DNA of 64,000 nucleotides, from positions 12,772,001-12,836,000 of the forward strand of contig CATNEN010000039.1 in NCBI GenBank assembly GCA_950097015.1, read 5' to 3'. This document shows positions 37,195 to 50,920 of this stretch, piece after piece; positions within the stretch are counted from its first letter, which is position 1; the number at the start of each line of letters is the position of its first letter. Under the pieces are notes generated by a model, which saw only the letters and a list, made by a program, of their open reading frames with translations, did not search any database and was not told the DNA's origin. Both the position numbers and the translations under genes were made by a program. This DNA comes from Macrostomum hystrix (lineage: Eukaryota; Animalia; Platyhelminthes).

Positions 37195-38590
37195 TTTCTT
37201 TCTCTGACTCTCCCTTCCTTTTAACCCTCACTCTCTCCATTACATCTCTCCCTGACTCTCTCCCTCCCTTTTTGTACTGACTCTCTATAGCCCCTTTCTT
37301 CTTACCCTGACTCTCTCCCTCCCTTTTTGTACTGACTCTCTATAGCCCCTTTCTTCTTACCCTGACTCTCCCCCTTTCTTCTCACTCTCTCTGTCTCCCT
37401 TTCTTATCACCCTCGCCCTCTCTCCCTTTCTTATCACCTCCGCCCTCTCTCCCTTTCTTATCACCCTCGCCCTCTCTCCCTTTCTTTTCACTCTCTCTCT
37501 CCCTTTCTTATCACCCTCGCTCTCTCTCCCTTTCTTTTCACCTCCGCCCTCTCTCCCTTTCTTATCACCCTCGCCCTCTCTCCCTTTCTTCTCACTCTCT
37601 CTCTCCCTTTCTTATCACCCTCGCTCTCTCTCCCTTTCTTCTCACTCTCTCTCTCCCTTTCTTATCACCCTCGCTCTCTCTCCCTTTCTTTTCACCTCCG
37701 CCCTCTCTCCCTTTCTTATCACCTCCGCCCTCTCTCCCTTTCTTATCACCCTCGCTCTCTCTCCCTTTCTTCTCACTCTCTCTCTCCCTTTCTTATCACC
37801 CTCGCTCTCTCTCCCTTTCTTTTCACCTCCGCCCTCTCTCCCTTTCTTATCACCTCCGCCCTCTCTCCCTTTCTTATCACCCTCGCTCTCTCTCCCTTTC
37901 TTCTCACTCTCTCTCTCCCTTTCTTATCACCCTCGCTCTCTCTCCCTTTCTTCTCACTCTCTCTCTCCCTTTCTTATCACCCTCGCTCTCTCTCCCTTTC
38001 TTTTCACCCTCGCCCTCTCTCCCTTTCTTCTCACTCTCTCTCTCCCTTTCTTATCACCCTCGCTCTCTCTCCCTTTCTTATCACCTCCGCCCTCTCTCCC
38101 TTTCTTATCACCCTCGCCCTCTCTCCCTTTCTTCTCACTCTCTCTCTCCCTTTCTTATCACCCTCGCTCTCTCTCCCTTTCTTCTCACTCTCTCTCTCCC
38201 TTTCTTATCACCCTCGCTCTCTCTCCCTTTCTTTTCACCTCCGCCCTCTCTCCCTTTCTTATCACCTCCGCCCTCTCTCCCTTTCTTATCACCCTCTCTC
38301 CCTTTCTTATCACCCTCGCCCCCTTTCTTCTCACTCTCTCTCTCTCCCTTTCTTCTCACTCTCTCTCTCCCTTTCTTATCACCCTCGCCCCCTTTCTTCT
38401 CACTCTCTCTCTCCCTTTCTTATCACCCTCGCCCTCTCTCCCTTTCTTATCACCCTCGCCCTCTCTCCCTTTCTTATCACCCTCGCCCTCTCTCCCTTTC
38501 TTATCACCCTCGCCCTCTCTCCCTTTCTTATCACCCTCGCTCTCTTCCTTCCTTCTCACCCGAACTCTTTCTCCCATCTTCTCACCCGGA
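37195..38590. repeat. CT-rich ~24-26-bp composite array
   Basis: Units such as CCCTTTCTTATCACCCTCGCTCTCTCT. Confidence 0.93.
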
Positions 38591-38824
38591 CTCGCCATTT
38601 ATTCATATTCGCGCTCAAGATGTGATCCTACACAGAATTTCAGTAATTATAGGATTTGCTTTCAATTTCAAGAATTTTTTTGAGCCGAGCACCTTGGTCC
38701 AGTTGGCAACTATAGACTGAAACCTTGCAAGAAGGGACAGGATTTTAAATTGGCAACTATTGGGTCCACTTTGGCTCATAGATGGGAGAATTTTTCCATC
38801 AACAACACGTGACAAAGCAGTAGT

Positions 38825-39500
38825 TTCAACTGTTTATTGACAGAGTTGAAACAGTTTAGTGACTGACTTAAAAATGTTTATTGACTGATTTGCAACTGTT
38901 TATTGACTGAATTGAAACAGTTTAGTGACTGAGTTGAAACAGTTTAGTGACTGACTTAAAAATGTTTATTGACTGATTTGCAACTGTTTATTGACTGAAT
39001 TGAAACAGTTTATTGACTGAATTGAAACAGTTTATTGACTGAATTGAAACAGTTTATTGACTGAAATGAAACAGTTTATTGACTGAATTGAAACCGTTTA
39101 TTGACTGCCTTGAAACAGTTTCTTGACTAAATTGAAACAGTTTATTGACTGCCTTGAAACAGTTTATTGACTGAATTGAAACAGTTTATTGACTAAATTG
39201 AAACAGTTTATTGACTGAATTGAAACAGTTTATTGACTGAATTGAAACAGTTTATTGACTGAAATGAAACAGTTTATTGACTGAATTGAAACAGTTTATT
39301 GACTGAAATGAAACAGTTTATTGACTGAATTGAAACCGTTTATTGACTGCCTTGAAACAGTTTGTTGACTAAATTGAAACAGTTTATTGACTGCCTTGAA
39401 ACAGTTTATTGACTGAAATGAAACAGTTTATTGACTGAATTGAAACAGTTTAGTGACTGACTTAAAAATGTTTATTGACTGATTTGTAACTGTTTATTGA
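38825..39500. repeat. 22-bp tandem array
   Basis: Unit GACTGAATTGAAACAGTTTATT. Confidence 0.95.
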
Positions 39501-40901
39501 TTATAGTTGATTATTATATTGATTATAAAATAAAGTTGTTGACGGATCTCGCTTCATCTTGAAGCCCTGTTGCACGGTGCCGAGTCATGGCATTACACAC
39601 GCATCTATCAAGGAAACGAATTTAGCTGCAAGAATTAGATTTTGTTGAGTCAGGGTTTTATCAGGCTTTACCAACGTAAAAAAGCAGTACTTATTACAGC
39701 ACTGCAAGACTCAGGATTCGCGTGATTAGATCTTGCTTGAGTTAATTGACTTGTCGCCTTAGGCAAGCGTTTTTGCAGTTTGGCTCACAATGGGCATGAA
39801 CCTAAGTTTCGCTTGAATCCGACAGTGTAGTTTCACTATATAGCCTCAATGAGGCTACTGTGAGTAGCATGAAGCGAGTAGTACGAGCGTAATCCTTTTT
39901 AACCTTTTTGTTAATCAGTTAATCAAAACAGTGAGTAACGTAACGAATATGTACCGTGTGGATTGAGATGATCAAGGCAGGAGCAAGTCACACATTGGAG
40001 GCAATCCTTGATCACCACTTTCACAAGGCCTGTAGTCTACCTGCGGTTTAGTTAAATGCGGGCAGACATTATAAATGAGTTATGCCGCATTTATTGTAAT
40101 TTACTGCAGGAATAATTAGATTTGAAAACTGAAACCCAACACAATTGTACTACTGTGGCGGTGGCTGTCACACCCGCCAGATTAACACCAGCTCCTGACA
40201 CACTAAATCCGTTTTCTCAGACAAATAGATCATTGAGCTTTGAGCGCGCGTAAGTCATTAAATATGCCGATATATTTATACACACAATATTTAAATAATG
40301 ATTCAAGCTTATGCTGGTGCTGTTTTTCGCAAAACCAATGGCATGCTTCTGGGGGGTACATAATTTTTACCAGTACATTAACATTTAGTAGCAGACACAA
40401 GCAAGACTCAATGATCTCATCATTGGTGCAGCAATAGGTGCAAACAATAGCATTATCGTGGAATGGCAAAGTACATTGTACTTAAAAAAGAAATACAAAC
40501 AGTGACGAATAGCACAGAGAAGAGCATGCGATTTAGGCGATAAAAAGCTTCACAATTTAATTGAATGCCTAATACGATAGGCATTAGTAAGCACAGTTGA
40601 CTAGTTAAATTGCTGGACAAAAAAAACTTTCGTTCCTTGTCAAACAGAACGGAAACACTAATAGACGGTAGGTCATAAGTGTCAAAAAGCAATGAAAAAA
40701 ATCGAATAGGTACTTGAAAAAAGCAATACATGCCATACTTATTAGGTGTGGAGAGTTCAGTCAACAAAGGGTTAACAAAACTATTTCAGACTTGATCAAA
40801 TGTCAGAATCACGCTACTGTTAGTAGAAAAGTGTCGATTGTTAAAAGATGACAAGACAAATTATCAGGTAGAAAGAACAGATGTTTAAAAATAGGATTTT
40901 A

Positions 40902-43900
40902 TTAAGTCGACATCTTTCGCTTCGCTTTCAAATGCTTCTCAACGTAGCTGGTGACGAAGTCGCGAGTCCTGTCCGGCTGCACATCTTGTGAGTGACTGCG
41001 TGCGATCTGCGAGCAACAAGATGACATGCGGGTTGGATGAGTTCACTGCAGACTGCTAACAAACTGCTCAGACTGCTCACTCACTGCACAGACTGCTCAC
41101 TCACTGCACAGACTGCTCACTCACTGCACAGACTGCTCACTCACTGCACAGACTGCTCACTCACTGCTCAGACTGCTCACTCACTGCACAGACTGCTCAC
41201 TCACTGCACAGACTGCTCACTCACTGCTCAGACTGCTCACTCACTGCTCAGACTGCTCACTCACTGCTCAGACTGCTCACTCACTGCACAGACTGCTCAC
41301 TCACTGCTCAGACTGCTCACTCACTGCACAGACTGCTCACTCACTGCACAGACTGCTCACTCACTGCACAGACTGCTCACTCACTGCTCAGACTGCTCAC
41401 TCACTGCACAGACTGCTCACTCACTGCACAGACTGCTCACTCACTGCACAGACTGCTCACTCACTGCTCAGACTGCTCACTCACTGCACAGACTGCTCAC
41501 TCACTGCACAGACTGCTCACTCACTGCACAGACTGCTCACTCACTGCACAGACTGCTCACTCACTGCACAGACTGCTCACTCACTGCACAGACTGCTCAC
41601 TCACTGCACAGACTGCTCACTCACTGCACAGACTGCTCACTCACTGCACAGACTGCTCACTCACTGCTCAGACTGCTCACTCACTGCACAGACTGCTCAC
41701 TCACTGCACAGACTGCTCACTCACTGCACAGACTGCTCACTCACTGCTCAGACTGCTCACTCACTGCTCAGACTGCTCACTCACTGCACAGACTGCTCAC
41801 TCACTGCACAGACTGCTCACTCACTGCACAGACTGCTGAGTCACTGCACAGACTGATGACTCACTGCTCAGACTGCTCACTCACTGCTCAGACTTCTGAC
41901 TCACTGCAGACTGCTCACTCATTGCACACCTACCTTACATGAATCCCAACCATATCCCAAACCAACCTTGGTAACGGCCTTCTTCAACAGCTGTTTGTAG
42001 TCGGCTTTGTCAATGCGCCGGGAGCAGTAGAGAGGCCTGAGGGTGAGTTTCACCTCAGCGGCGATGCGCTCATGCCAATCGGCTTTACTAGAAAATTCTG
42101 AGCGTTTTGTGCGAGACAGCAGCTGATTTGGCGATGGCGGCGTGGCCGACAGTCGAGACTGCGGGGGCGGAGTCGGCTCCGAGTCTGTCGCATGCGGTGG
42201 CGGTGTGGTTGTACCGGATGCAACGGTGGAAGCCAGTCGACCAGCGACGGCGCCGCCTGGCAGGAAGCAGCCATTGGCGAGACGATCACTGACGCTGAGT
42301 CGCTGCTGCTGCTGCTGGCCCAGCGAAGAAGGCGGCGGCGGAGGAGGAGGGGGCGGTGGCGGCGGGGGAGGAGGCGGCGGCGGAGGCGGGGGCAGCCGGG
42401 GCATAAGCGGAAGCGGCGGCGGCGGGCGAGAATAATCAATGTTGAAAGGAGGCAGCGAAGGCGGCGGAGGCGGAGGCTGCTGACCGCTAGAATTAGCGGG
42501 TGTCCAATTGCTGAAGCTGGTAGCCTGAGGCAGCTCTTCAATGTCCATTTCGTCGTCATTGCCGCCATTAGCGGCGATCGGCGGCGCCGGAGATGGCGGC
42601 GTAACAGGCGCTCCGTCGTCCCTGCCGACATTCTCGCAGACTTCTGCCCCTGATGCCGCTTTGGCTTTCATCGGCCTCTCGATCGGGGGTCGCCGGGCGA
42701 ATGTCGCCGACGACGATGTTGCAGCCATCCTGGAGGCGGCGGGTGCGCCAATCGGCCTGACGGACATCTGAGCCTGCCGCTGCTGATACCAGAGGCGGCC
42801 CTGCTCGGTCCACACTTCGCGATTGTTGCGAATCGTCTTGCAGCCGGGCGGGGCCAGGTGCAGGTCCTGGTCGCGAAGGATTTCGGCAATGCTAAACTGT
42901 GGCTGAGGTTCGGACTGCTGTTTGGGCGACTGTTTGCAAATCCGGCCAGGCGGTGAACTGCCATGGAAACAGAAGTTTAATGCGAAACTGTACATAGTTA
43001 TTTAACCGAATTTAGTATGTGTATTGAAGTGACAAAAAGATACTGAATATAATTACTAGTTACACCGACCTGCCCCAATAAGAGCAGATATGCAGCCAAC
43101 AGCATTTGATGACAGCTGACAGCATATAAGTAATGTTACTAGTTATAACAAAATAAGTTAGTTTCTATCTAACACAATACTGAAGCAAGATTCAAGGAGT
43201 CAAGACAATGAACCAGGATTTAGCTGATAAATTACCACATGGTTGGGGGGAAAAGTCTCCTATTCAAATACACTTGCTAATACACGAAACAAACTGGAAA
43301 GGGAGAGAAACTTATTCAACTTATTTAGTGTTAGTACTCATGGCATAGACTCCTCGATTTCATTTTAAGGTGCAAAAACCTACGACCAAGGGTGACCACA
43401 GAATGTGTCGAATTTAAAAAAATGTATTAACTGCCGCTTGTGTTAATGCCTGAGTGGAATAGGCAATTTTGCACCTGGCTGGAGTTTGACACAGCGACCA
43501 GCATTGGTTTGCTCATTGCCGATTTTTTGAATTATCCAATTAAACAGTGGAGTTTAACCAATAAATAGGTTCAGTGGAGTTGAGAAATCGAACTCATGAC
43601 CTTCTAGTATCAAGTTTAATGCTCTGATCATTTCTTTTAAGTGGAATGAAGGGTACAGCAGTTAAAATTTACAGTAGACTTCTACAGAAAAAATTACTGA
43701 TTACAATGATAATAATTGATAAGCATTTGTAATTTTTACAATAAGTGCAGCTGCAATATATTGCTCCATTAACTATATATTAGTAGATTCTTCACAAATG
43801 CAAGTAGTTGAAAATGAACTTTTCCATTCTACACTATGCACTAAACAATCAAGGCAATTTAAATATTCTGCATAAAATCGAATAACTAAAAAAACATGTA

Positions 43901-46900
43901 AATAAGAGAAACTGGCTGTAACACTAGTTGTTTTTTAATAAAGAAGTATATATCATAGTTGCTTATCTAAAACTTTTAAATATATATTTAGCATTAATTT
44001 TTTAAGATAGTGGACTAACAGATTGTTGGTCATTACTGGAACAACTCTTAACCCAATAAAGACTAGAAAGTCCTCATCTACCACGCATTATTAAGTTGAA
44101 GACTATAGTAAATTGTAAGAAAATTATATTAAATATTTCTTTAGTAAGGAATAAGGAAGGACTAATGCCTTAGGGGAGTTTAGGATAGAAAAATATTTTA
44201 TACTTTTCTTACATAAATGCTTTCTACAAGCATACAATGTGTGAATTATGAAATTATACTAATTTAGAGACTGAAACTACAACTACTATAAAAGAATTAA
44301 ATTGGGGCCAATTAAAATGAGAATCAAACATAGTAGACTGGCAGATTGCAATAATAGAGCCTCATAAATTGAACACAGGCTACATTAAACTGCCTAAATA
44401 TACACACAAGTCATAGTTAACTATTTTGTATGTGAAATTAATCACAAAATACAGTCTGTCACCATCCCAGTGAAAACATAGGGAAGAATTGGGTATCTAC
44501 AAGAAATTTAATAATCTTCAAAAAGACTTTTCAAGTCTTGACAATGGAGTTGGGATTGAGGGTGAGCACTTGATAACTATACAAAGTTATAATGAATCAC
44601 TATATTTTCTATTAAAAATTTTGGTGCCCTTGGTCTTGTATTTGCATGTAAGTATGAATCTACAAAGAAAGAACTGGCTATCCTATAGAACCATTTGTTT
44701 ATTTATTATTCCACTTAAATAAAATTCTTTTATATTTGCAGAGTTAAAAAATATGAAACACATGAACAAATTAACAGTTTATCACCATGTGTGTTAAACT
44801 GCTAATTTCTTAGGCCTAATTTGTTTCATCTTTTTAACTCTCCAAATATATAATAAATGAATTGAAGCAGAAAAATAATTAAACGAACAGTTCTATAGCC
44901 TAGGATAGCCAAATGAAATAACCATATGGTATAAGTGGGACAAAAACACTAGCCAGCTGTAAGCTAAAAACTCAACAGAACAGAATGAAGCCAGATAGAC
45001 AAAATGTATTAATTTTTGTATACCAAGCTAGCTTAGGCCTACTAGCTAGCTAAATATCTACAAATGATGATGACTAGGGTGTTTGGAACTTATTATTCTA
45101 TTTAGATAGATTTCATTACATACAATATTGACCTGAGATGTAAACATGTAACTGTTAGTTATATAGGCATAATGTAGGTTATATAGCTATGAAAAAATGC
45201 TAAAATCCGATGGATTTATCAAGGAAGTTAAATTACATAATGTTAAAACATGGTAAAGGAAGTCAATGATAAGCTTGCTACGGCGAATGAAATAAATTCA
45301 AGGTGGCGTAAAAATGACAAAGCTAAATAACTGTAATACAAGGATTTTCTACTTCATTTCTTATTTGCCGTCTCTACAAGCCTTATAACTGTTAGACACA
45401 GATGGACGAGTAACGACTAAGCGAAAGCAAACCTTGCAAGTTGCAAGACAAAAACATGCAAAATCAAAATTTAAACAAAAGCCAAGTTTCTAAGAAAGTC
45501 GTCATTTTACGCCTCGCTCAAACTGTTTTCTTATAAACAAGGACAAATGAGGACGACTAAAGGAAAGAAAAACTGGTAAGTCAGGTGTTAATAATTTTTG
45601 CATCAGTTATGCTCCTGCAATTCATAAAAGTAACAAAATTTAATCGATCACAGACAGCGTACATATCAGTTTTCTGTTGTATATCCTTAATCTTGAATAC
45701 CAATAAATTTCTAATACATTAGACCGTCGCATTATATAGGAATCAATTTTTTAAATGACTTTCAGGCGCCCTATCTTGCTGAACGCTCTTCGTCAAATAA
45801 TTTTCTCCGGTGTTATTGCAATTTAAGAAATTTGCCTTTAAATTAACAAAATAATGCACTCAAAATAGTTTTAGATTCGCTTTACGAATGTGGTTGGGAG
45901 CAGCAGGAAAAAAATGAACCCATATATTTCAAGTCCAGATTAAAGCCAAATTTTGCATAGAAAATTCAGAAAAGGAAGTACAGAAAATGACTTACCCATG
46001 AGATGCAGTCACTCTGCTGTTGGCAGCAATGGAGTCAACTGTGCTAACTAGACTTATGGGATAGTCTTCTCCAGTTAGGCACAAACGCATCGTTGACGTA
46101 TCTCTGTAGAAAGTCATTCGCTTCTCGAAACGTGACTGCCATGCCTGGCGGTCGACAGGCTGAACTTGTTCCATGCGTCGCAGCAGACGCTTATCGCGGG
46201 CAGTAAGACGCTTTTTACCGTTGCGTCGACCGGACTTCTTTGCTTGCCTCTTTGTAGACTTAGTTCGGCGTCGACGCGTCTAAAATACAAGGAGAGCTTA
46301 CTACTAGACACAACTCAACATTCAACATTCAACGGTAACAAAATAAAGCCATAGACTAACAGAAGTTTTCTTAGACTTCTTTCGGCTCTTTCCATTCTTA
46401 ACGGCTCTGCGTCTGCCGCGAGACGTCGCCCTGCGTCTTTTACATCCACCGGTTGCATTGCCACTGCCACCAGCTCGAGAGGTGGAGGCAAGCATAGCTG
46501 ATGCGGGCAGCGGCTCGTAGAGAAAGCTGATGTCAATGCTCTGGCTGTCAGAGTTGCTGTCGGGCTCGTAAGCATTGCCGTTGGACTCCGCTTGACGACG
46601 TGTGCGGCTCGAGGCGGAATTAGAGTGCTCGGGCAGAGGGTCGCGCAGGAAGCTGATGTCGATGCTACTTGCACCGTCCGTCTCGTCCTCGTCGGAGCTT
46701 GAAGAGGAGGAGTCGTCGCTTTCACTGCGATCATCGTCATCTTCATCGGAGGAATCTGTAGAACCGCCAGACGATGAGGAAAGCATGGAACTGTCGTCAT
46801 CTTCGGCTTCATCCGATGTATAAGAGGGCAGTGACACAGCCGTGATGTCGTCGGCTGCTGCCGCCGCGGCTAGTGACGTCCTAGTGCGACGAAGCGCCAG

Positions 46901-48554
46901 GGGAGGCATCTGTCGGGGAGGCCGCCACCGGAGACGACCGCCATTGGCTGCGCGATCGCGTCGACACTCTGGACAGAACCAACGACCGGCTGGCACACGA
47001 GACAATGGCGGCGTCAGGCAGTCTGTGTGGTAAGCGGTGTCGCAGCCGTCGCACAGCAACAGCTGGTCTTCCCGATCACCTGGTATGAGCGATCGAATTA
47101 ATTGCAGCAACAACGCACCCAGTCTAAGTGTAGTTAAACTTGAAAACTTTAAACAGGGAAGAAAAAAACAAAACAAAAGCGACGGACCTTGAAAGCAGAA
47201 TGCGCACACATCGTCTATCACCGGAAAGTCGTCAGCGTCTCCCCCGGCGCCTGGCGGTGGCGGCGGCAGCGGCGCCGGTGCCGGCACTTTTCGCGCCCGA
47301 GCTCCAACACCGAATCGGGGCGCCACCAACAGGTGACTAAACGGTCGCCGATCTAGAGGGCAGGTGTTTGAAGCTAGGCACCAGCGTTGAAGGCAGTCCA
47401 GACAGAAGGCATGCCGACAGTCGCTCGGCCTGGCAACCTCGCCGACAATTACCTTCACGCATCGTCAGATTGGAAAGGCTTAGTTAATTATATTTGCACA
47501 TTTTTACTATCAAATATCGTATGATGTTTGCAGAGAAAGTTACGAATTACGAATTAAAAAAATTATATCCTAAAGTACTCGTAAATTATATGCACGCTAG
47601 TCTTCTCTGACAGTTTATTTCTTCATTTCGGTTCACCCATTCAACATTTAATTAGCTGTATGCACCTGTTGAGTAGTGCTTTGAAAGGTTTTCCTCGAGA
47701 GATTGATAAATATAATTTACAGGCAAGAGATTTTAATGGCGACTTGCGAAAGAGTGATGACCAACTAAGCGGGGGTTAATGGTTTCTAAACTGTCTTATA
47801 CATAAACTGTCTGTTTCGAACGTGGACCACACAACACTATAATAATGAAGCTATCATGTAACAATGCTCTCAATAAAAGGGGGTTTTCGAGCTAGTCCTA
47901 TATACTAAGACTAACGACTCTGCGAATGCCTTATAGAAGTAACACCTAAACACGTTAGCTTTTTCCCACAGATTTTCGAGGCTATGCACAATATGCCTCA
48001 GGTTGATTTCTTTGAAAAACCTACCTCGTGACAAATCGGGCAAGCGAAGCAGCAACCGGGGCCAGTCAGGGGCACCTGGTCAATAACTTTGCCGCCAGGT
48101 CGGCAGCGAACATTGACAGCCGTCGCCGCTGGCTCCGATTGGCACGCCGGGGCCGGGCAGCGAAATTCGCTGTCGCCAGCGGCTCTACGCTGCTCAACGT
48201 GAGTCAATAGGCAGGCCAGGTGAAAGGTGTGCCTAAGACGCGGTGGACATGTGTCAGCTTGGCAACACTCTTCTCGTGGAGCCAAAGGCAGGCGGCATAG
48301 TGGACAGGCATCAGACTGATGGAGGAGGAAACGCAGGAAACCCAGGTTAAAACTTCTTGACTTAATTAACAAGTTACTCTTCTGTTACGCAGTTATAAAA
48401 AGGCTAAAAACCTTACATCCACATCAATATTGGCACTAATACAGGTTGCAGAGTTTCTGTCAGTATCGAAAATTGGACCGGGAGATAGTTTTCGGCATTT
48501 CTCTGTTGATGGTACATCCTTTTTAGGGGCCAGTGTGTCATCACCAACAGGCAT
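40902..48554 (-). CDS. PHRF1: PHD and RING finger protein 1-like (extra RING-like, RING, PHD, SRI), about 930 aa. Exons: 48554-48417, 48315-48025, 47452-47188, 47079-46361, 46279-45996, 42957-41967, 41006-40902
   Basis: Spliced [45 protein letters not shown] has the terminal Asp typical of PHRF1/SCAF11. [41 protein letters not shown]-terminal SRI-like [15 protein letters not shown]...KKAVTK/IARSHS...SYVEKH. Phases are consistent (2793 nt) and AATAAA overlaps the stop. Exon 1 is the least certain. Confidence 0.85.
41062..41920. repeat. 20-bp tandem array (about 42 copies) filling the last PHRF1 intron
   Basis: Unit TCACTGCWCAGACTGCTCAC. Confidence 0.98.
44676..44910. mobile_element. Palindromic (foldback) MITE with Merlin-like termini
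   Basis: The left arm GGCTATCCTATAGAACCATTTGTTTATTTATT...GAGTTAAAAA..ATGAAACA is the imperfect reverse complement of the right arm. The terminus resembles the Merlin TIR at 838. No clear TSD. Confidence 0.7.
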
Positions 48555-49394
48555 TGATGCTTTGAATTAAAAACTAAAATGTTTTAACAATTGGCTGTTA
48601 TTCATATTAATTCAATAAGTTAAGCTGATAAGCAAAATCTTCCTGGTACCAAAATTTTCTAGAACTTGAGGAATTTGCAAAAGATAGAAGCCAAATTTAT
48701 ATAGACATTTAAATTTCATGCATCTAATTAAAGTTATAGGCTGAAACCAAGGGCTTAGGCATCTGGGGCTTGACATGCCATTTTTGCTCCTAAATGAGAA
48801 TGTTTATTTATAATTAGGGCCTACAGATGGCTTACAAAAACATAATGTCGCAAGTATAACTTTCCTAACAAAAAGAAAATTGGAATCAAATTTTCTAAGT
48901 CTCTACTCTCTACTCTATATTATACCTCTAAAAATTTATCTATGCTATTAATGAGCAATAAAGGACTAGCAAAAAGCTCAGAATTTACTTTAGACTAGGA
49001 AGGAAAACAAAGAATATGCAGTATGCATTAACACATCATGAATTACTACTGACACCATCCAGAGTAGTTACTTTCTGTCAGCATAATTTTTTAATACAGC
49101 CTATATATTGTATACTCAGTCTTGCCAAAAAAGTTGGCAAGTAGTATATTTAGAATTTAGTGAACCAAGGAATACACAATGTAAACAAAAATATTGACTA
49201 AGGGTTTACAATAATAAAATTCAAATGTTAGTCAGTGCCATTAGCCTTTTAAAAGGTCAAATATGAGTATTGATATAAAAAATTGCAGAGGGACCCCTAA
49301 AGGGGTTGCTTTCCATGACCCTGTACACGCTAGCCTACAACTTTGAGTGGAATGCACACTTATCATTTGCCATAAAAACATTGCCTAACTACAG

Positions 49395-50110
49395 ACCACA
49401 CTACCCTGCCACTGGGGGCATTGGCATCTAGACACCTTGAACCCTGGCACTTGCTGCCTTTATTGCAATCTCCACTGTCACAGCTGCTACTCCAGTCCAA
49501 ATCTAGAATGGTGCACCTGACCCTAACCAGCAGGTTTCCTGCACCACATGGATTGACCATGGATCAGAAATGGATGGGCCTGAATAACCCAGAAGGCAAC
49601 TATTAGTAGCTCACACACTTGGCAGAGACCATTGGTTAAAGCCCAGTGCAAATGGCTGCTGTCTCGCCTGAAGTCACCTGGTGAGATTAGGGCCTACCCA
49701 AATTCATGCTATATCCACTCCCAAGTCTACAATGTTGTTCCTCAGCCTTGTACAGCCTCAGCACATGCCTGATTGACCTTGGCCTGTAGCTTGGCTTGCT
49801 GGTTGTAGCCCACAGAACATGCAAGTGTCGCAAGGCAATTGACAAACTTGATGACCATATGCTAAGCAGCTAAGCAACAACTGTGGCCTTGAGTGCCACT
49901 ACCAGCATAATAGTTAAATACTTGCAACTGTAACCTCCTTGACGAGACTGGCTTTCCTGCAATGCTGGAGCCAGTGGGTACAACAACACCTGATTTCAAG
50001 TGATTTGACAGAATTTACTGTCCCTGATTTCAAGCAGGGTGGCCACTGGCTAGCCTAGGATTCAACCATTATTCACACCTGTGCCTCATGCCTTGGGTAT
50101 TGCCAACCAT
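49395..50110 (+). mobile_element. Highly degenerate CRE-like non-LTR retrotransposon remnant (RT thumb, Zn knuckle, restriction-like endonuclease)
   Basis: Broken frames read GGIGI*TP*TLALAAFIA, CKCRKAIDKLDDH, GFPAMLEPVG...K*FD (a KRPD relic) and FKQGGHWLA*DSTIIHTCA. These match the LEPxG..KRPDG..G..LxWDxT pattern of REL-type elements. Confidence 0.6.
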
Positions 50111-50920
50111 ACATGCGCAACCTCCAAAATTTTGCCAGCCTTGCGACTTAGTTTTTGCTCTCATATGCCACTTAGTTCGTTTCATTGCTCTATTTACAAC
50201 TTAGTTTGCTCTCATTTGCTCTCTTTTTCTCTCCCCTTTTTCCTTTTCTTCATGCCTTCCTTTTTTGTCCCTTGGTCCCCCCTTTGATTTTTTTGCGCTT
50301 GGTCGACTGGTTTTTGCGACTTACCTTGCTTGGCCCTCGTTTCACCCAGCCGGTTTGGCCGGGTCAGCCAGGTGTGGCGCATGTATGTTGCCAACTGGGT
50401 TTCCTTTGCCACCCACTAAGACACAACTAGCTAGCTAGATTCAGGCACAGACCAGTAAGTGCTATACACACATGTGTGAATCTTACAGATTCTGGGCACT
50501 GATATCCAGGCCAGAAATAATCACATCATTATTAAGGCTCACTTGCTCTAGGCATTGAATCATTGAGCTGCCATGTACTATCTGAGAACATGTCTACGAG
50601 GGGTATCCCAAAAGTTCCCAGAATGTCCAAGGTAGCTCTTCAACGGAGCCATGAAATTTCATGCCCATAGTGTCAAATGAAAGGAAATTTTGTCATGTTC
50701 GCATGTTCATATATTTTTCTATTCAGGAGCTGCAACAAGAAACATGCGCGAAGGTCAGGGGTAGTGTTAGACAAGCTCAAAACTTTATGGCAATGATTTT
50801 TCATCTCCATTTATGGATATTTTCATTTTGAATTAGTGCTACTAAGGTGTCAGAAAGATGTGGCAGTGTCTATGGAAAAAAACAGAAATGCTCATAATGC
50901 TTATCTGAGCCTTTATGTGA

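Noticed and set aside
25692-41942. Long repetitive ORFs in the ORF track (SSPLL, GQGEM, KTPSA, IPHLP, TAHSL types)
   Set aside because: These are translations of minisatellites, open in several frames and on both strands, and some lie within defined introns.
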